Source: an uncultured delta proteobacterium (GTDB lineage Bacteria; Myxococcota_A; Polyangia; Fen-1088). From it: a stretch of DNA of 64,000 nt. The position numbers and the translations under genes are program-made. A model generated the notes under the pieces. That model made no database searches and was not told the DNA's origin. It saw only the letters and a program-made list of their open reading frames with translations. The stretch spans positions 384,001 to 448,000 of the forward strand of contig CAVTRY010000013.1 in NCBI GenBank assembly GCA_963737265.1. Direction: 5' to 3'. Below are positions 1 through 11,167 of the stretch, piece by piece; position 1 is the stretch's first letter, and each line of letters begins with the position of its first letter.

Positions 1-1390
1 CGAGCGCGCCGATCAGCAAATGTCGGGGGGCGGCGGGAATCGTCATTGAATCCTCCCAGGAGCTGTCCGCGGTCCTGTGGTGAGGATGGAGGGGATAGCT
101 CGGCCCGAACCCGACGAGGAAGCTCCTTCCCGTGCTTCCGAGGGCGTAGTCCACCTGGGACCTGGCGAAAGCCCTGTAGACATCGACTCTCCCCTGGGTG
201 CAGAGCTTGCTGTCAGCCCAAACGCTGGCGAGAAACGCCGTCGCCATTGCGTATCTGAGCGGGCCCCACGAGGATAGCCACGCGAGTCCGGCGGGGGTGT
301 ATGCGATGCGGTTTCCTTGATAGCCGACAGTCCAGTAGTCGAGGTTCCGTTCCACCGACTCGCTGTAGAGGGACTTGCCGGTGATTCTTGCCAAGAGCAG
401 CTGGGCGCCGTAGTGAACGTCGTCCCAGCATTGGCCCCATGCATAGGCGATGGTCGAGGTCTGCTGCACGGTACCCCATTGGGGCACGTATTGTTCGGCC
501 TTGCTGAGGTAGGTCTTGTCGCCGGTCGCGAGGTACAGCCAAACCGCAGCCCACGAGAGATCGTCATAGAAGCCGCTCGAGGAGTAGTAGCCATTGGCTG
601 CCGTGTAGCCGGCGTCGCTTTTCGTGGTTTCCGCGAAGTCGTACAAGGACTCGGCGTGCGAGATACACTGGGCGGCGTACGCCGGATCTGAGCCCTTGAA
701 GACAGCCGCCGTCGCCGCAAGGGCGGCCGCTGTCTCGCCCAACACCGCCGATCCGCTGCTGCTCTTGGTCAGCTCGAACGACGGGCGCTTCATCTGCATG
801 ACCTCGGCCGGCCCCCACCATGCGTGGTCCAGCCCGGGATCGCCCACCTGGTAGTAGTAGACATTGGGACTCGGGTGACACTTCATGAGATAGTCGGCTG
901 CCCACTTGATGTTCTCCAGAATCCTGGGCAGCTCCCCGGTCTTGTCGTAGGCGCTCGGGTATTCGTAGACGCTCCAGGCCAGCATGGCCACCGAATACGC
1001 CATCGGCAGGTTGAACTTGACGTGGTCGCCCGCATCGTGCCATCCACCGGTGAGATCGACCCCGACGTCTGCACCGTCGTTCAGACCAGAATCTCCTCGC
1101 CAGTTGTTGCGCTGGCCGGACGGCAGTTTGCCCGAGCGCTGAAACTCGTAGAACATGATCGCCTTCTGCAACGCTTCGGCATAGGAGTACGGCCCAGCCG
1201 CCCCCGTGTCGCCTCGGCTGCCAGAGCCCCCTCCGCCAGCATCGGTGTCGGCACCAGCGCCGGCGGTCCCTCTGGAGCAGGCTGGGACGAGAGTCATGAC
1301 GGCCAGAACCGCGGCGCCGACTGAATGCAGGTGCCGTTGGGAGTTGGTTCTTGTCGATCGAAGGCGGACAGGATGGCAAAGCCTAGTCAT
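1..1390 (-). CDS. Glycoside hydrolase family 9 endoglucanase, putative lipoprotein (3' end runs off window)
   Basis: Absent from ORF track (no stop in window). Manual translation from ATG at 1390: signal/lipobox-like [11 protein letters not shown], then [58 protein letters not shown]; start and end segments are in the same frame. Confidence 0.92.
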   Translation of the reverse strand, partial: MTRLCHPVRLRSTRTNSQRHLHSVGAAVLAVMTLVPACSRGTAGAGADTDAGGGGSGSRGDTGAAGPYSYAEALQKAIMFYEFQRSGKLPSGQRNNWRGDSGLNDGADVGVDLTGGWHDAGDHVKFNLPMAYSVAMLAWSVYEYPSAYDKTGELPRILENIKWAADYLMKCHPSPNVYYYQVGDPGLDHAWWGPAEVMQMKRPSFELTKSSSGSAVLGETAAALAATAAVFKGSDPAYAAQCISHAESLYDFAETTKSDAGYTAANGYYSSSGFYDDLSWAAVWLYLATGDKTYLSKAEQYVPQWGTVQQTSTIAYAWGQCWDDVHYGAQLLLARITGKSLYSESVERNLDYWTVGYQGNRIAYTPAGLAWLSSWGPLRYAMATAFLASVWADSKLCTQGRVDVYRAFARSQVDYALGSTGRSFLVGFGPSYPLHPHHRTADSSWEDSMTIPAAPRHLLIGAL

Positions 1391-1427
1391 CAAGGGCACA
1401 TTCTTACACTTTTTCTTGGACAGTTCT

Positions 1428-2582
1428 TCAGCGCTGGCAGACGCGCACGTAGTCGACGATGGTGGTCTGCGGGAAGGTCGTGGTACCGTCGGGACTGCCC
1501 GGCCAGGTGCCACCCACGGCGAAGTTGAGCAGGATGAAGAAGGGCCGGTCGAAGACCCAGGTGTTGCCGCTGCCGATGTCGGCGGGCGTCTTCGTCGAGT
1601 AGAGCGTACCGTCGACGTACCAGCGGATGACGTCGGTCTCCCACTCGATGGCGAAGACGTGGAAGTCGTCGGCGAACTTGCCGCTTCCGGGCAGGGTGAA
1701 GCTGGCCGTCGGACCCGCGGCGCCCGCATAGCCCGGGCCGTGCATGGTCCCGTGCACTATGTTCGGCTCCTTGCCGATGTTCTCCATGACGTCGATCTCG
1801 CCACACGCCGGCCATGGGCTGGTGCCGATGTCGTCGCCGAGCAGCCAGAAGGCGGGCCACACGCCCTGGCCGTAAGGGATCTTGATGCGCGACTCGATGT
1901 GGCCGTGGGTCCATGTCGACTTGCCCTGGGTCTTCAAGCGCGCCGAGGTATAGTTGAAGCCGCCGTAGCTCTCTTGCCTGGCGGTGATGACCAGGTTGCC
2001 GTTGCCGTCGAGCACGCCGTTCTGTGCGCGGTAGTACTCGAGCTCGGAATTGCCCCACCCGCCCGAGCCGTTGCCGGTCTCATAGACCCACTTGCTGCTG
2101 TCGGCATTCGCGCCGGCGGTGCCATCGAAATCGTCGCTCCACACGAGATTCCAGCCGGCCGGGCAAGGACCCGCGGTGCCGTCCGCATCCGGCGACGTGT
2201 CCGCGCCACGGGCAAGGTCGGCGTTCCCGCTACCGTCGTTGCCGATGCTCACATCGGGATCGGCATCCTGCGCACCGGTTCCGATCGCGCCGCCGGCACC
2301 AGCGAATCCGCCGGTGCCAGCGCTCGCGTCGCGGCCGGTGCTGCCGCCGCCGCCGGTCGCGCCGCCACCAGTTTTGCCGGCGGTGCCCTGGGTGCCTCCC
2401 GCGGCGATACTGCCGCCGCTTCCCACCGCGCCGCCCGTCGCCGACACGCCACCCGTGCCCGTTGCCCCGCTAGTCGCCGGCGCGCCGCCGGTTCCGGACG
2501 TGCCACCACCCTTGCTGCTGCCGCAAGCCAGAAGCATGAACACGAACCCGAGCCGCGCCATCGAGAGTCGCCGCATGTGCAT
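1428..2582 (-). CDS. GH16 beta-1,3-glucanase (laminarinase-like) lipoprotein with Gly/Thr/Ser linker
   Basis: Lipobox LLAC, long G/T/A linker, WSDDF, WPAFW, catalytic [19 protein letters not shown]. Confidence 0.92.
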   Translation of the reverse strand: MHMRRLSMARLGFVFMLLACGSSKGGGTSGTGGAPATSGATGTGGVSATGGAVGSGGSIAAGGTQGTAGKTGGGATGGGGSTGRDASAGTGGFAGAGGAIGTGAQDADPDVSIGNDGSGNADLARGADTSPDADGTAGPCPAGWNLVWSDDFDGTAGANADSSKWVYETGNGSGGWGNSELEYYRAQNGVLDGNGNLVITARQESYGGFNYTSARLKTQGKSTWTHGHIESRIKIPYGQGVWPAFWLLGDDIGTSPWPACGEIDVMENIGKEPNIVHGTMHGPGYAGAAGPTASFTLPGSGKFADDFHVFAIEWETDVIRWYVDGTLYSTKTPADIGSGNTWVFDRPFFILLNFAVGGTWPGSPDGTTTFPQTTIVDYVRVCQR

Positions 2583-2645
2583 ATTCAAGCAGAATGAGCA
2601 CAAAGCGTCGTGACTGGCAACCTCGCGCCAAACAACCCCAGCCAT

Positions 2646-3196
2646 TCATCGAGCGAGTCGGCCGACCGCGCTTTGTAGTGCTTGCTCGAAGGCGCGAAAG
2701 CTTGGCAGATCACGCAAAGAAACGAGATCGACGTTTGCGCCGAAGAACGCCTGAAAGTCGCGGAGTGTGCGAAGGTTGGCCCCCAGTTTCTTCAAGATGG
2801 TGTTCACTTCGGTCTTCGGGTCGGGGAGCATCTCCGGCTTAGGGGGAAGACTGGGGTCCTGCGACCCACCCAGCAATCGATTGAAGACTTTGCTGTCGCT
2901 GAGCATCCACGCCTGGTTGCACCCTCTCCACCAGTGCGCGAGCTTCATCGCCATTCGCGTCCCCGTGAATGGAATATCGTGCAATCGTTCCAGTGGTCGT
3001 GCACGGCAGAAGCGATGCGTTCGGCGCGATTCGAAGGAGCTGGAGGTGGTGCGTCGATAGGTACCGTGTCGGCAATCTCGGGAAGACTCGGTAGCACACG
3101 TGGCGCCAGCTCTTGGAGAAGGCGCGTGATGACGGGAACCAAGAACCTATAGTCGCTGGGGCCCTCGGCGTAGAGACCGGCTCGGATGTAGATCAT
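2646..3196 (-). pseudogene. DUF4276/TOPRIM-like protein, broken by a frameshift and an internal deletion
   Basis: Pieces in three frames: GLYAEGPSDYRFL..., IHGDANGD...VQPG, AWMLSD...LPDPK...LPSFRAFEQAL; ATG overlaps upstream TGA (ATGA). Confidence 0.65.
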
Positions 3197-3480
3197 GGCC
3201 GTTCATCCACCCTCGCCGTCTCCAGCAGTCGTTCTACCTCGCGACGAGAAGCGACGGTCGCTCCACGGTCAGTAGCCGTTTCACCCGCGACATGTCGCAT
3301 TCTTGTAAATCGTCGCACCGAGTCCTGTTCCGTTCGCGTGATCTTGTCTGCCAAGATGATCGCACTTGGCCGCTTGCCGAGAACGGACAGGACAACAGGC
3401 GAATGGGTGTTGAGAATGATCTGTGCCGGCAGCTCATCGGCGGGTTCCGTCTCGGCGACAAGCTTGCCGAGCAGCGCGGT
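3193..3480 (-). pseudogene. C-terminal remnant of an ABC/AAA_21-type ATPase
   Basis: Manual translation ...ELPAQIILNTHSPVVLSVL...EVERLLETARVDERP*; H-loop-like (N)THSP present, Walker A/B region absent. Confidence 0.6.
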
Positions 3481-3536
3481 CGATGCGCCTATACAACCAT
3501 GACGGCTGGGCTGATTCCCCCCCGCCTACTCCGCGG

Positions 3537-3556
3537 TTTGCTACCCGTTTGCTACC
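3537..3556. repeat. 9-bp direct repeat TTTGCTACC x2 (possible integrase arm-type site)
   Basis: TTTGCTACC-CG-TTTGCTACC about 80 bp beyond the tRNA-Pro 3' end. Confidence 0.4.
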
Positions 3557-3635
3557 TGAGGAGCCCAGGAACGACTGCTTGGCCTTGGTGTCGGTCGGGA
3601 AAACCTAGTCAAGTCGCCAACTTGTAGCGGTAGAT

Positions 3636-3711
3636 TGGTCGGGGCGGCCGGATTTGAACCGACGACATCCTGCTCCCAAAGCAGGCGCGCTACCAACTGC
3701 GCTACGCCCCG
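3636..3711 (-). tRNA. tRNA-Pro (TGG)
   Basis: Reverse complement CGGGGCGTAGCGCAGTTGGTAGCGCGCCTGCTTTGGGAGCAGGATGTCGTCGGTTCAAATCCGGCCGCCCCGACCA: cloverleaf, TTC T-loop, encoded CCA. Confidence 0.97.
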
Positions 3712-3794
3712 ATCTCCCGCCGGGACCGGCAAGAGGGCGCCGATACTAGCAGAATCGAATCGAGTTGCTCACCTGGTTGTCTTTTCTTGTCGCT

Positions 3795-4961
3795 TTAGAA
3801 GTTGGGGCTTCCGCGCAGGCGCCACGCGACCTGGACCATGGCGACCACCATGAGAGGGCCGGCGATAAGCAGGGCGTGTACGAGGGTGAGCTTGGGTAAC
3901 CCAAGAAGCGCGTAGATCAAGAAGGCGAGCACGAAGAAGTCGCGTCGTCCCAGGCTGTAGAGCGCGATGAGTGGATTGCCTTTGCCTTGGGACAAGCGGG
4001 CTTTCATGTTGCTGCGGCCAGTGATGCGCCAGCGCACTTTGATGATCTCGCCGCCCTCGCCCTGGCGTCGAATTTCGTTCAGGGCCACGGTGTCGTACAC
4101 CAGGTGCATCACCGACGCTGCCAGCCCGGCGCACAGAACCAAAGGCGAGCCGCCTGCGCGATAGAGCCCGACGCCGATGGCGGCGAAGATGACGACGTTG
4201 AGACCATCGTCGACGATGGTGTCCAGCCATTCGCCGACGGCGCTCTGCTGGAAGCGCACGCGGGCAAGCTCGCCGTCGCAACCGTCGAGGATCGACTGCA
4301 CATGGGCCAGGAAAAAGCCCCAGATCATGAGCGAGTAATTGCCGCTGGCGATCAGACCGGCGCCCACCAGGCCCACTGCCGCGGCGCCGATCGTGATGTG
4401 GTTGGGCGTGAGGGGCAAAAAGCAGAGAAGGTGTCGGGTAATGAAGAACGAAACGGGCTTGTTGAGGTAGCGGGCGACAAAGCCTAGATCGCCGCGCATC
4501 AGCTCGGCGAAGACGGCGCTCTCGGCGCGCTTGCGTGAGGCCTCGTCGACGACTTTCATGCCGCCTTCGAGCGAACGGTTCGAAGGACGAACTTCGTTGG
4601 CGCCGATCTCGAAAGCGGCAGCCTGCTCCCTGCGCAAGGCCGCGAGGTCGTCGGGCCTTGGCACCCGTCGCACCAGCACGGATGGTGGCAGATACTTGGG
4701 CAGCGGGCAGCTTCCGTCGGAGGCGATGGTGATTGAGTGACCCATGCGATCGAGTTGCTTGATCGATCGTTCCAGCACGGACAGGCCAGCCACGCGCATG
4801 GTGGCGCCCACGACTTCGGCAACCCCGGCGCGTAGGAGCACTGCTCGCTTGGACGACGGCGGCTCCGTGCTCTCGACTGGTTGCTCCGGGAAGGAAGTTT
4901 TTACTGTCACTGGGACGACTCGTACGGGGGCGAGTTTGCCCGAGGCTGGCACAAAGTGCAC
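3795..4961 (-). CDS. CDP-alcohol phosphatidyltransferase family protein with degenerate N-terminal nucleotidyltransferase-like region
   Basis: LTPNHIT and DGCDGELAR...GEWLDTIVD signature; N-terminal VAGLSVLER; start uncertain. Confidence 0.8.
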   Translation of the reverse strand: MHFVPASGKLAPVRVVPVTVKTSFPEQPVESTEPPSSKRAVLLRAGVAEVVGATMRVAGLSVLERSIKQLDRMGHSITIASDGSCPLPKYLPPSVLVRRVPRPDDLAALRREQAAAFEIGANEVRPSNRSLEGGMKVVDEASRKRAESAVFAELMRGDLGFVARYLNKPVSFFITRHLLCFLPLTPNHITIGAAAVGLVGAGLIASGNYSLMIWGFFLAHVQSILDGCDGELARVRFQQSAVGEWLDTIVDDGLNVVIFAAIGVGLYRAGGSPLVLCAGLAASVMHLVYDTVALNEIRRQGEGGEIIKVRWRITGRSNMKARLSQGKGNPLIALYSLGRRDFFVLAFLIYALLGLPKLTLVHALLIAGPLMVVAMVQVAWRLRGSPNF

Positions 4962-4981
4962 GAACTACGCGCAGTAAAAGG

Positions 4982-5644
4982 CTAGTCCTCCGGCAGGTGC
5001 AGCATATTGTCGGGCAGGCCCGACCACCACGTCGCCTGGAAGCCGGCGAGCAGGGCAAGGAAATGAATATTGCCGTCCGGCATGACGTGAAAATCGACGA
5101 CTGGAGTGATTGCCCAACCTCCGGTTCGCTTCTTCTTGAACGGGAAGAGATCGTAGCTGGCGCCAAGTAGGAGATAGGAACCGCCGCCCCCACGCAGGGA
5201 TGTGTCGATCGCCTTGCTGTCGCTCACCATGACGAAGCCGATGCCGAAGCCGGTGTGGACGGAAAGATCTCGCCACACGAGGCAGCTTCCTTCCAGGGTG
5301 AGCCCGCCGATGGAACCTTTGTCGGAGCCCTTCGCGATGCCATCGGGCCGGTACTCGACGAGCAGGCCCAGTCCGAGTCGGCGTGTGATCAGCTGGCCGA
5401 TGCGGAAGGTTGCAGTGTAGCCGCCATAGATGCCGCGATCTTTGCCTTGTTCGTTGAGCTGGGCCGCGACGCCGGACGCGCCAAATCCGATCCAGTATCC
5501 CTGGCGTGAGCGCGGTTCTTCGAGGATGGGATGGGTGTCGTCCGCTTCGTCGGCATGGGCTGCGCGAAGACCGGTTCCGAGCAAAGCGGTGGCAAGGACG
5601 CCGAGCCAAACAAGTCGAGACTCTTGCGACATGAGGCGCCTCAT
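4982..5644 (-). CDS. Secreted, probable small outer-membrane beta-barrel protein
   Basis: Signal peptide, alternating G/aromatic beta-strand pattern; TGATG overlap with the receptor gene. Confidence 0.6.
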   Translation of the reverse strand: MRRLMSQESRLVWLGVLATALLGTGLRAAHADEADDTHPILEEPRSRQGYWIGFGASGVAAQLNEQGKDRGIYGGYTATFRIGQLITRRLGLGLLVEYRPDGIAKGSDKGSIGGLTLEGSCLVWRDLSVHTGFGIGFVMVSDSKAIDTSLRGGGGSYLLLGASYDLFPFKKKRTGGWAITPVVDFHVMPDGNIHFLALLAGFQATWWSGLPDNMLHLPED

Positions 5645-8347
5645 CAGAGCTCCCCCCGCAGGCCGATGATGGGATAGATGGGAAAGCCAGTGCTGTACTG
5701 GGACTTTTGATAGTTGTAGTTGAATTCCGCCTGTTCAGGATTGGATCGGTCGGTCACGTTCTGAAGGTCCACATAGGCGTTGAAGATCCACTTGTTGTAG
5801 ATCCACTTCTTGTCGAGACGGATGTTCGAGCTGCGCGAACGCTGGCACTCGGGTGGAGTACTTGGCCCCGTAAATCGGCGAGTACGTGTCGGCCGAGGCA
5901 TTGTAGACAGAGCCAATCACGGGGGTCGTGGGATCGCCGCTCGTGTAGCGAAACCGGCCACCGATCTGCCAGTTGCGCGGTAGTTGGTAAGAGCCCAGAA
6001 CAGTGAGAATGTAGGGTTGATCGTATTCAAAGAGACGCCAGGCGGTGGAGCCCGAATCGAGGCGCTCGGAGCGCATCATGGTGAAAGCGATCCAGCCGAC
6101 GAATTTCTTAGTCAGCTCGTGCTTCGCGACGAACTCCAAACCATAGGCGCGACCCTTGCCGTTGTTGTCGTAGCGCGTGGCCGGATTGCCGCCATCGGCA
6201 AGAGCCGGTGTGGGACTGACCATGCTCTCGAGGTCTTTGTAGAACCCCGTGGCGTCCAGGGTGATGAACGAGCGCGGCTTCCACTCGACGCCAGCCGAAT
6301 AGTGAATGGCCCACTCGCACTTCAGGGCTGGATTGCCGAATACTTTATCCGTCTGGTCGATGCTGGGCGGCTGGTAGAAAAGACCTATGCCACCCTTAAG
6401 CGTCACCTGTTTGGTGAGATCGTAGCGCGTGGTAAAGCGCGGGGCGGCCGTAAATTGCGAGACCTGGGAGTAGTAGTCGAGGCGAATGCCGGGCAAAAGC
6501 AGCCACTGCGGAAGCGGCTTTAGCTCTAGTTCGGCGAAAACGCCGGGGGCGAAGTAGTTCGCACCGGAGATCTGTTCATGGAGGACATTGCCCAGATCGT
6601 TTACCGTGAAGGTCTGACCCTCCTGAGGCGGGGGCGGAACGTTGAACAGCCCGCTGATCCGTCCATACAAAAAGTCGATGCCGGTCATCAGGGCCAGTCT
6701 TTTCGACCATTCATAGCGGGCAGTGTCGCGGAGATTCGTCAGGTCGACGGTGTCGTCGAAAATGAAGTTGAAGAACTGGTTGTTGTTGGTGTCGCGTCCT
6801 TGGGAAAGTCGAATCGTGTTGGTGAACTGATCGCTGGGGATATATTTGTAGGTCGCAAGGACGCGATAGAAAGAAGTCGCCAATTGAAGCTGATTGCCGA
6901 CCACCTGCGTGCCGGCGACGCCAGGGTTCTTCAAGATGATTCTGAAAGCGTCGTCGGAACCGAAGACAAAGAGTCGAAGATCGTGGGCCGGAGCCGGGCG
7001 ATAGGTGGCCAGCAATTGATAGTCGTAGTAGCGGGGCAGCTGGATGGCATTGATGGGAGCATTCGCGGGCAGCACGGCATTGATGATGTAGTCGATGTAA
7101 CTCCGGCGTGCAGCGATGGCCACCGCTGCCTTATCTCCCAAAGGAGCCTCGAAATAGAAGCCGCCATCGAGCAAGTTGACGTCGATGTAACCGCCCGCCC
7201 TTTTGGGCTTGAGCTTCTTGGTGTCGACATCGATGAGGCCTGCGGTCGTGCCGCCGTAGTAAGGCGAAAAGTTGCCGGGATAGAACTCCAGGCTGTCGAT
7301 CATGCCGGTGGGCAGGACGCTGCGAATACCGCCAAAGTGGTAGACGTTGGGAATCGCAGTGCCGTCGACAAAGTAGAGCGTGTCGGTCGGGGCGGATCCG
7401 CGAATGATGATTTCACCCGATCCGGCGGCGGCGCGGGCCACCCCGGCGAAGTTCTGCACGACCGCCAGGGGGTCGCCCATGGCGCCGGGCAGTTTGTCGA
7501 TGACGGCGCTTTCGATGACCGTGCGGCTGACCTCTTTGCGCTCGCGCTTGGCCTCGACCACGACGTCGAAGGGATTGTACGAGCCGCGCTCGAGGTAGTA
7601 GGTGACCTGCGTGCGCTCGCCTTTGTTGATTTCCTCGCTGGTGCGAAAGGGATAGTACGCAGGCGGCTCGATGCGCACTTTCCAGGTGCCCGGCCCGAGG
7701 TCGAAGAAGTGGAATGTCCCCTTGGCGTCGGTGTGATCTTCGAAGCCGACTGTCGTTTCGCCTTCGCTTCGGTAGACCGTGACCAGGAAGCCCGAGAGCG
7801 GCAGGCGCGTTCCGCGTTCGACCAGCACGCCGGTAAAATTCTCGACCGGGACGGGCTTGGGCTTTTCCACCGCGACGACCTTCTCCGGTTCCGGCTTGGG
7901 CGGTAGCGGAGCCAGAAATTTGAAAGTGTAGATGATTTGAACCGCGGTCGGTTTGCCGGCGACCTCCGCGGGCTCGAAGCCGAGGTCGTAGGCCGCAGTC
8001 AGCGCCGCTTCTTCGAAGCCGAGCCCGGTCGGCGTCTTGGGTTCGAGGACGGCTGCGCCGACGACGGATCCCTTGTCGTCGAGATCGACGGCCAGCGTGA
8101 TCTGGAGGTCGCCCGCCTTGCCCACGGCTTCCTTGGGGTAGGCGACCTTGGCTTGCCGGACCAGCTTGGGCTGTTTGCTGAGCTGATCGGCGTCGATAGA
8201 TGAGGCGGCATTCTTTCCCGCGATTGAGCTCTCGCCCGCGCGCTCGGCGGCAGCCTTCGTGTCGTTGTTCTCGCTTTCTTCGGCCGCGTTGACCGAGGCG
8301 GCAAAAAGGACGATCAGCGCAAGGACTGCGAGGCGCGCCAGCCTCAC
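5644..8347 (-). CDS. TonB-dependent receptor with N-terminal TonB-C domain (myxobacterial type); +1 frameshift near 5826
   Basis: TonB-C segment (AYPKEA...FEPAEVAGKP), plug (IIIRGSAPTDT), barrel; C-terminal IRLDKKW...YPIIGLRGEL* lies in ORF 5644-5916; one extra A in CTC GA(A)C ATC. Confidence 0.88.
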
Positions 8348-9738
8348 GGCTTATCCTCCAGGGTAGCGACGCCCGATGTCCAAGCCACGCCGCCTCGGCT
8401 ATCGCGCACCACCACGATGATGCGCGCCGTGGAGGGTGGATAGTCGCTGGATAGGGGCAAGGTCCAGGTGTTGCTGAGGGCCTGTTGGAACAATGTCGTG
8501 TCGACCCCGCCGTCCGCTCCGGCGCCAGACTGATCGTTGAGGTCCGGAAGATAGCCGGTCCTGCGACCGCCCTGGCCGTTGCTACCAAGGTCGCCCGCCT
8601 CGATAAACCAGGCGAAGTTGAGGCGCTCGAATTGTAGCGTCCCAAGGAGGTTGCCGTTGCTGTCGTACACGTCATCGAGCATCCATGGTTGAGGCATGCG
8701 CTCCGAGGACGAGCTGGGCACGTCCAGTTGGATGGACACGTGCTGGTTGCGCAGAATGGGAACGGTGCCTCGGTCATCCAACTCCCAGCCGGCAATCGGG
8801 GCAGAGGGAGCACCCGCATCCTCTCCTGCCGTGCCGGCAGTTGCAGCGGGACCATCGGCCCAGGCTGCGCCTCCGTCATCGTCGGACGTCGCCTGGTCAA
8901 CCGGCGCGCCATCGGCCGCGGCTGCTCCACCGTCGCTGTCGGCCGGTGCTGCGTCAAAGGCAGCGCCGTCGGTTGGCGGAATTGGAGCCGCATCGTAAGA
9001 CGGTATTGCCCCGCTCGGAAGCGGCGATGTGACGAAGATGCCGTTCATGATCGGGTTCAAGTTTCCCGCAAGACCGTCTTGCGTGGGCAGGTGGACGGTG
9101 ACGAACGCGGCCAGCGGGCTGAAGCCAGCGGGAAGCAAGGCTGGGCACGAAGGAGTGACGACCAATCTGATCGTGATCTGGAAGCCGATGGGCTTGGTCT
9201 TCGCTGGTGGGGTTTGGGTGTTTTCTCCGCTCGGGCGATCGCACTGAAACGGCAACGACTGTCCGCCGCCGTCAGGTTCCGCCGGCGCGCCAGCCGTGGA
9301 GAAGAGGCCTAGGTCTCCTCGACACAGGCCGTAGAGGAGGGCGGCAGGAAAGGGATTGGTGAAGGTCGCGGTTTCGCCGGTGCTGAAATTTTCGAGAGGC
9401 GTGGCCGCGCCTGCGCCGAGCGCACCAAGCGCCTGATCCATGCTCGCTTGGTCGATGGGGCACACATAGTTGTTGCTGGCATCCAGTACGTAGGGCAGCG
9501 GGCACCACGACCACGCATAGGTCGTTGCACCTGCGTCCGGGCACGCGCCGCCGTCGCCGGTCACGGGCGGTTGATAGACCAGCGCGCGCAGGGTAGTCGA
9601 TGTGCCGACGGTGGGCTGCGGTGGTTCGGCCTGGACCGCCAGGATGCGCGGCTGGATAAGCAGGTCGGGCCTGTTGAAATCGCTGTTGCCACAGCCCAGA
9701 AGTGCCAGCGTACCGGCGAGGAATATAGTTTTTCGCAT
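8344..9738 (-). CDS. Cys-rich lipoprotein associated with the TonB receptor
   Basis: MRKTIFLAGTLALLGC lipobox; PRILAVQAEPP and VVVRDSRGG motifs; overlaps receptor start. Confidence 0.8.
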   Translation of the reverse strand: MRKTIFLAGTLALLGCGNSDFNRPDLLIQPRILAVQAEPPQPTVGTSTTLRALVYQPPVTGDGGACPDAGATTYAWSWCPLPYVLDASNNYVCPIDQASMDQALGALGAGAATPLENFSTGETATFTNPFPAALLYGLCRGDLGLFSTAGAPAEPDGGGQSLPFQCDRPSGENTQTPPAKTKPIGFQITIRLVVTPSCPALLPAGFSPLAAFVTVHLPTQDGLAGNLNPIMNGIFVTSPLPSGAIPSYDAAPIPPTDGAAFDAAPADSDGGAAAADGAPVDQATSDDDGGAAWADGPAATAGTAGEDAGAPSAPIAGWELDDRGTVPILRNQHVSIQLDVPSSSSERMPQPWMLDDVYDSNGNLLGTLQFERLNFAWFIEAGDLGSNGQGGRRTGYLPDLNDQSGAGADGGVDTTLFQQALSNTWTLPLSSDYPPSTARIIVVVRDSRGGVAWTSGVATLEDKP

Positions 9739-9740
9739 AG

Positions 9741-10706
9741 TCAGTCGTCCGTGATTCGGAATCGGTAGGAGTACTTTTTGGTCGACGGCATGGCTTCGCC
9801 GTTGCGTGTTGCCGGTTCCCATTCCTGGGCCAGGGCGGCCTTCTTGGCATTGTCGTTGAACTCAGGGTAGGGCGACTCGTGCAGGATTTTCACGTTGGTT
9901 ACCTTGCCGGTGGCGTCGATAAAGACCAGCACCTCGACGTCCGCCTCGATGCCCTGTGCCTTGAGCGTGGGCGGAAAATCGGGCTTCACCTGTTTTTTGT
10001 ACTTCGCTTCGGTGAAGGTCACGCCCTTGGACGGAACGCGCGTGGCGGCCTGGTTGGCCGTCGTCGGCATTTCGGTGCCGTTCACTGGCGCCGGTCGCTC
10101 CTTGGGTACATCGTCCTTCTTCGCCGCGACCTTGTCGGTCTCGCCCAGCCGAGTATTGCCCACGGCAAAGGCGGGACCCTCGCCGCTGCCTTCGCCCACG
10201 GTGGACTCGAAGTTGAGGCCCACGATGCGCGGCGGGGGCTTCTTGTCCGGCTCTTTGGGCGGCTCCTCGATTTTGGGCGCCGGCGGTGCCTTGGTCACCA
10301 CCACGCGCTCGGGCTCCCTCTTTGGCTCAGGTGCCTTCTCGGGCTCTGGCTCTTTCGGCGGCGCCTCGTGCTCGCGCATTTCGATGGCGAGCTGTTCGCG
10401 GATTTGCGCCTTGTGCGCGCCGAGCCTGCCCACGCCGAAGGCCATGATGACGAAGCCGACGTGCAAACCGAGCGACACCAGCAGCATGAAGATGCCGAGA
10501 GCGGCGCGCAGCCAGCCCGGCATACGGTGCTGTTCGCGGCGAGTGCGAAATTCGGCGTGAATCGGCACGCGCACGTGGGTCAGGGCGCGTGCGCGCGAAG
10601 CTTGGCGCCGCCGCAACCTTTTCTCGACGAAAGGATTGGTCCGGGCTGGGCGCGTGCTTCGGCCGGGCTCGGGACCAGGCTTGCGCGAAGATGGCTTGAA
10701 TTCCAT
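9741..10706 (-). CDS. tonB: Energy transducer TonB
   Basis: TM helix with SLGLH, Pro/Glu/Lys-rich spacer, C-terminal TonB domain (WEPATRNGE). Confidence 0.88.
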   Translation of the reverse strand: MEFKPSSRKPGPEPGRSTRPARTNPFVEKRLRRRQASRARALTHVRVPIHAEFRTRREQHRMPGWLRAALGIFMLLVSLGLHVGFVIMAFGVGRLGAHKAQIREQLAIEMREHEAPPKEPEPEKAPEPKREPERVVVTKAPPAPKIEEPPKEPDKKPPPRIVGLNFESTVGEGSGEGPAFAVGNTRLGETDKVAAKKDDVPKERPAPVNGTEMPTTANQAATRVPSKGVTFTEAKYKKQVKPDFPPTLKAQGIEADVEVLVFIDATGKVTNVKILHESPYPEFNDNAKKAALAQEWEPATRNGEAMPSTKKYSYRFRITDD

Positions 10707-10721
10707 GACGAAGCAACTGGA

Positions 10722-11150
10722 CTAAGGAGCGTTTGGCGCTGCCTGGCGTTCGACGTCGAGAGCGAAGGCTGAGACGCCGTTGCGTTTGACGAGGTCGATC
10801 AAATCGACGACGTGGCCGTATTCGACGCCCTTGTCGGCCGCGATGACGGCCTGCAGTTTAGGGTTGGTGGCGCTCTCGCGTTTGACGAAAATTCCGATCT
10901 GTTCCGTCGTGGACGCCGCGCCGTTTAGCATCAGGCTGCCGTCCTTGTTGCACACGATGTTGACCGTGCTCTCGACGCGGGCGCCGCCGGTCGCGGCCTT
11001 GGGCAGGTTCACCACCAGGCTGGCGCGTACGATGGCGATCGAGGTCAGCATGAAGATGATGAGCAAGACGAGCACGATGTCGACGAACGGGATGATGTTG
11101 ATGCTGGCGAGCGGCCCTTCGTCCTCGCCGTTGCCGTTTTGTGCAGCCAT
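10722..11150 (-). CDS. exbD: Biopolymer transport protein ExbD
   Basis: INIIPFVDIVLVLLIIFM, IAADKGVEYG; start at MAAQNG. Confidence 0.92.
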   Translation of the reverse strand: MAAQNGNGEDEGPLASINIIPFVDIVLVLLIIFMLTSIAIVRASLVVNLPKAATGGARVESTVNIVCNKDGSLMLNGAASTTEQIGIFVKRESATNPKLQAVIAADKGVEYGHVVDLIDLVKRNGVSAFALDVERQAAPNAP

Positions 11151-11167
11151 GGTCGCGTCGCACCTAG

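Noticed and set aside
1206-2597. Long alternative-frame ORFs (e.g. 1206-2597+, 17492-18541+, 28010-29680-, 53541-54887+)
   Set aside because: Antisense or off-frame shadows of real genes, expected at high GC; no motifs of their own.
2606-2622. Sigma-54-like TGGC...TTGC upstream of GH16
   Set aside because: GG-to-GC spacing is 9 nt rather than the required 10.
7385-7395. GGTCGGGGCGG matching the tRNA-Pro 3' end as a possible att site
   Set aside because: Only 11 bp in GC-rich DNA, inside an intact receptor gene and on the wrong side of the tRNA.
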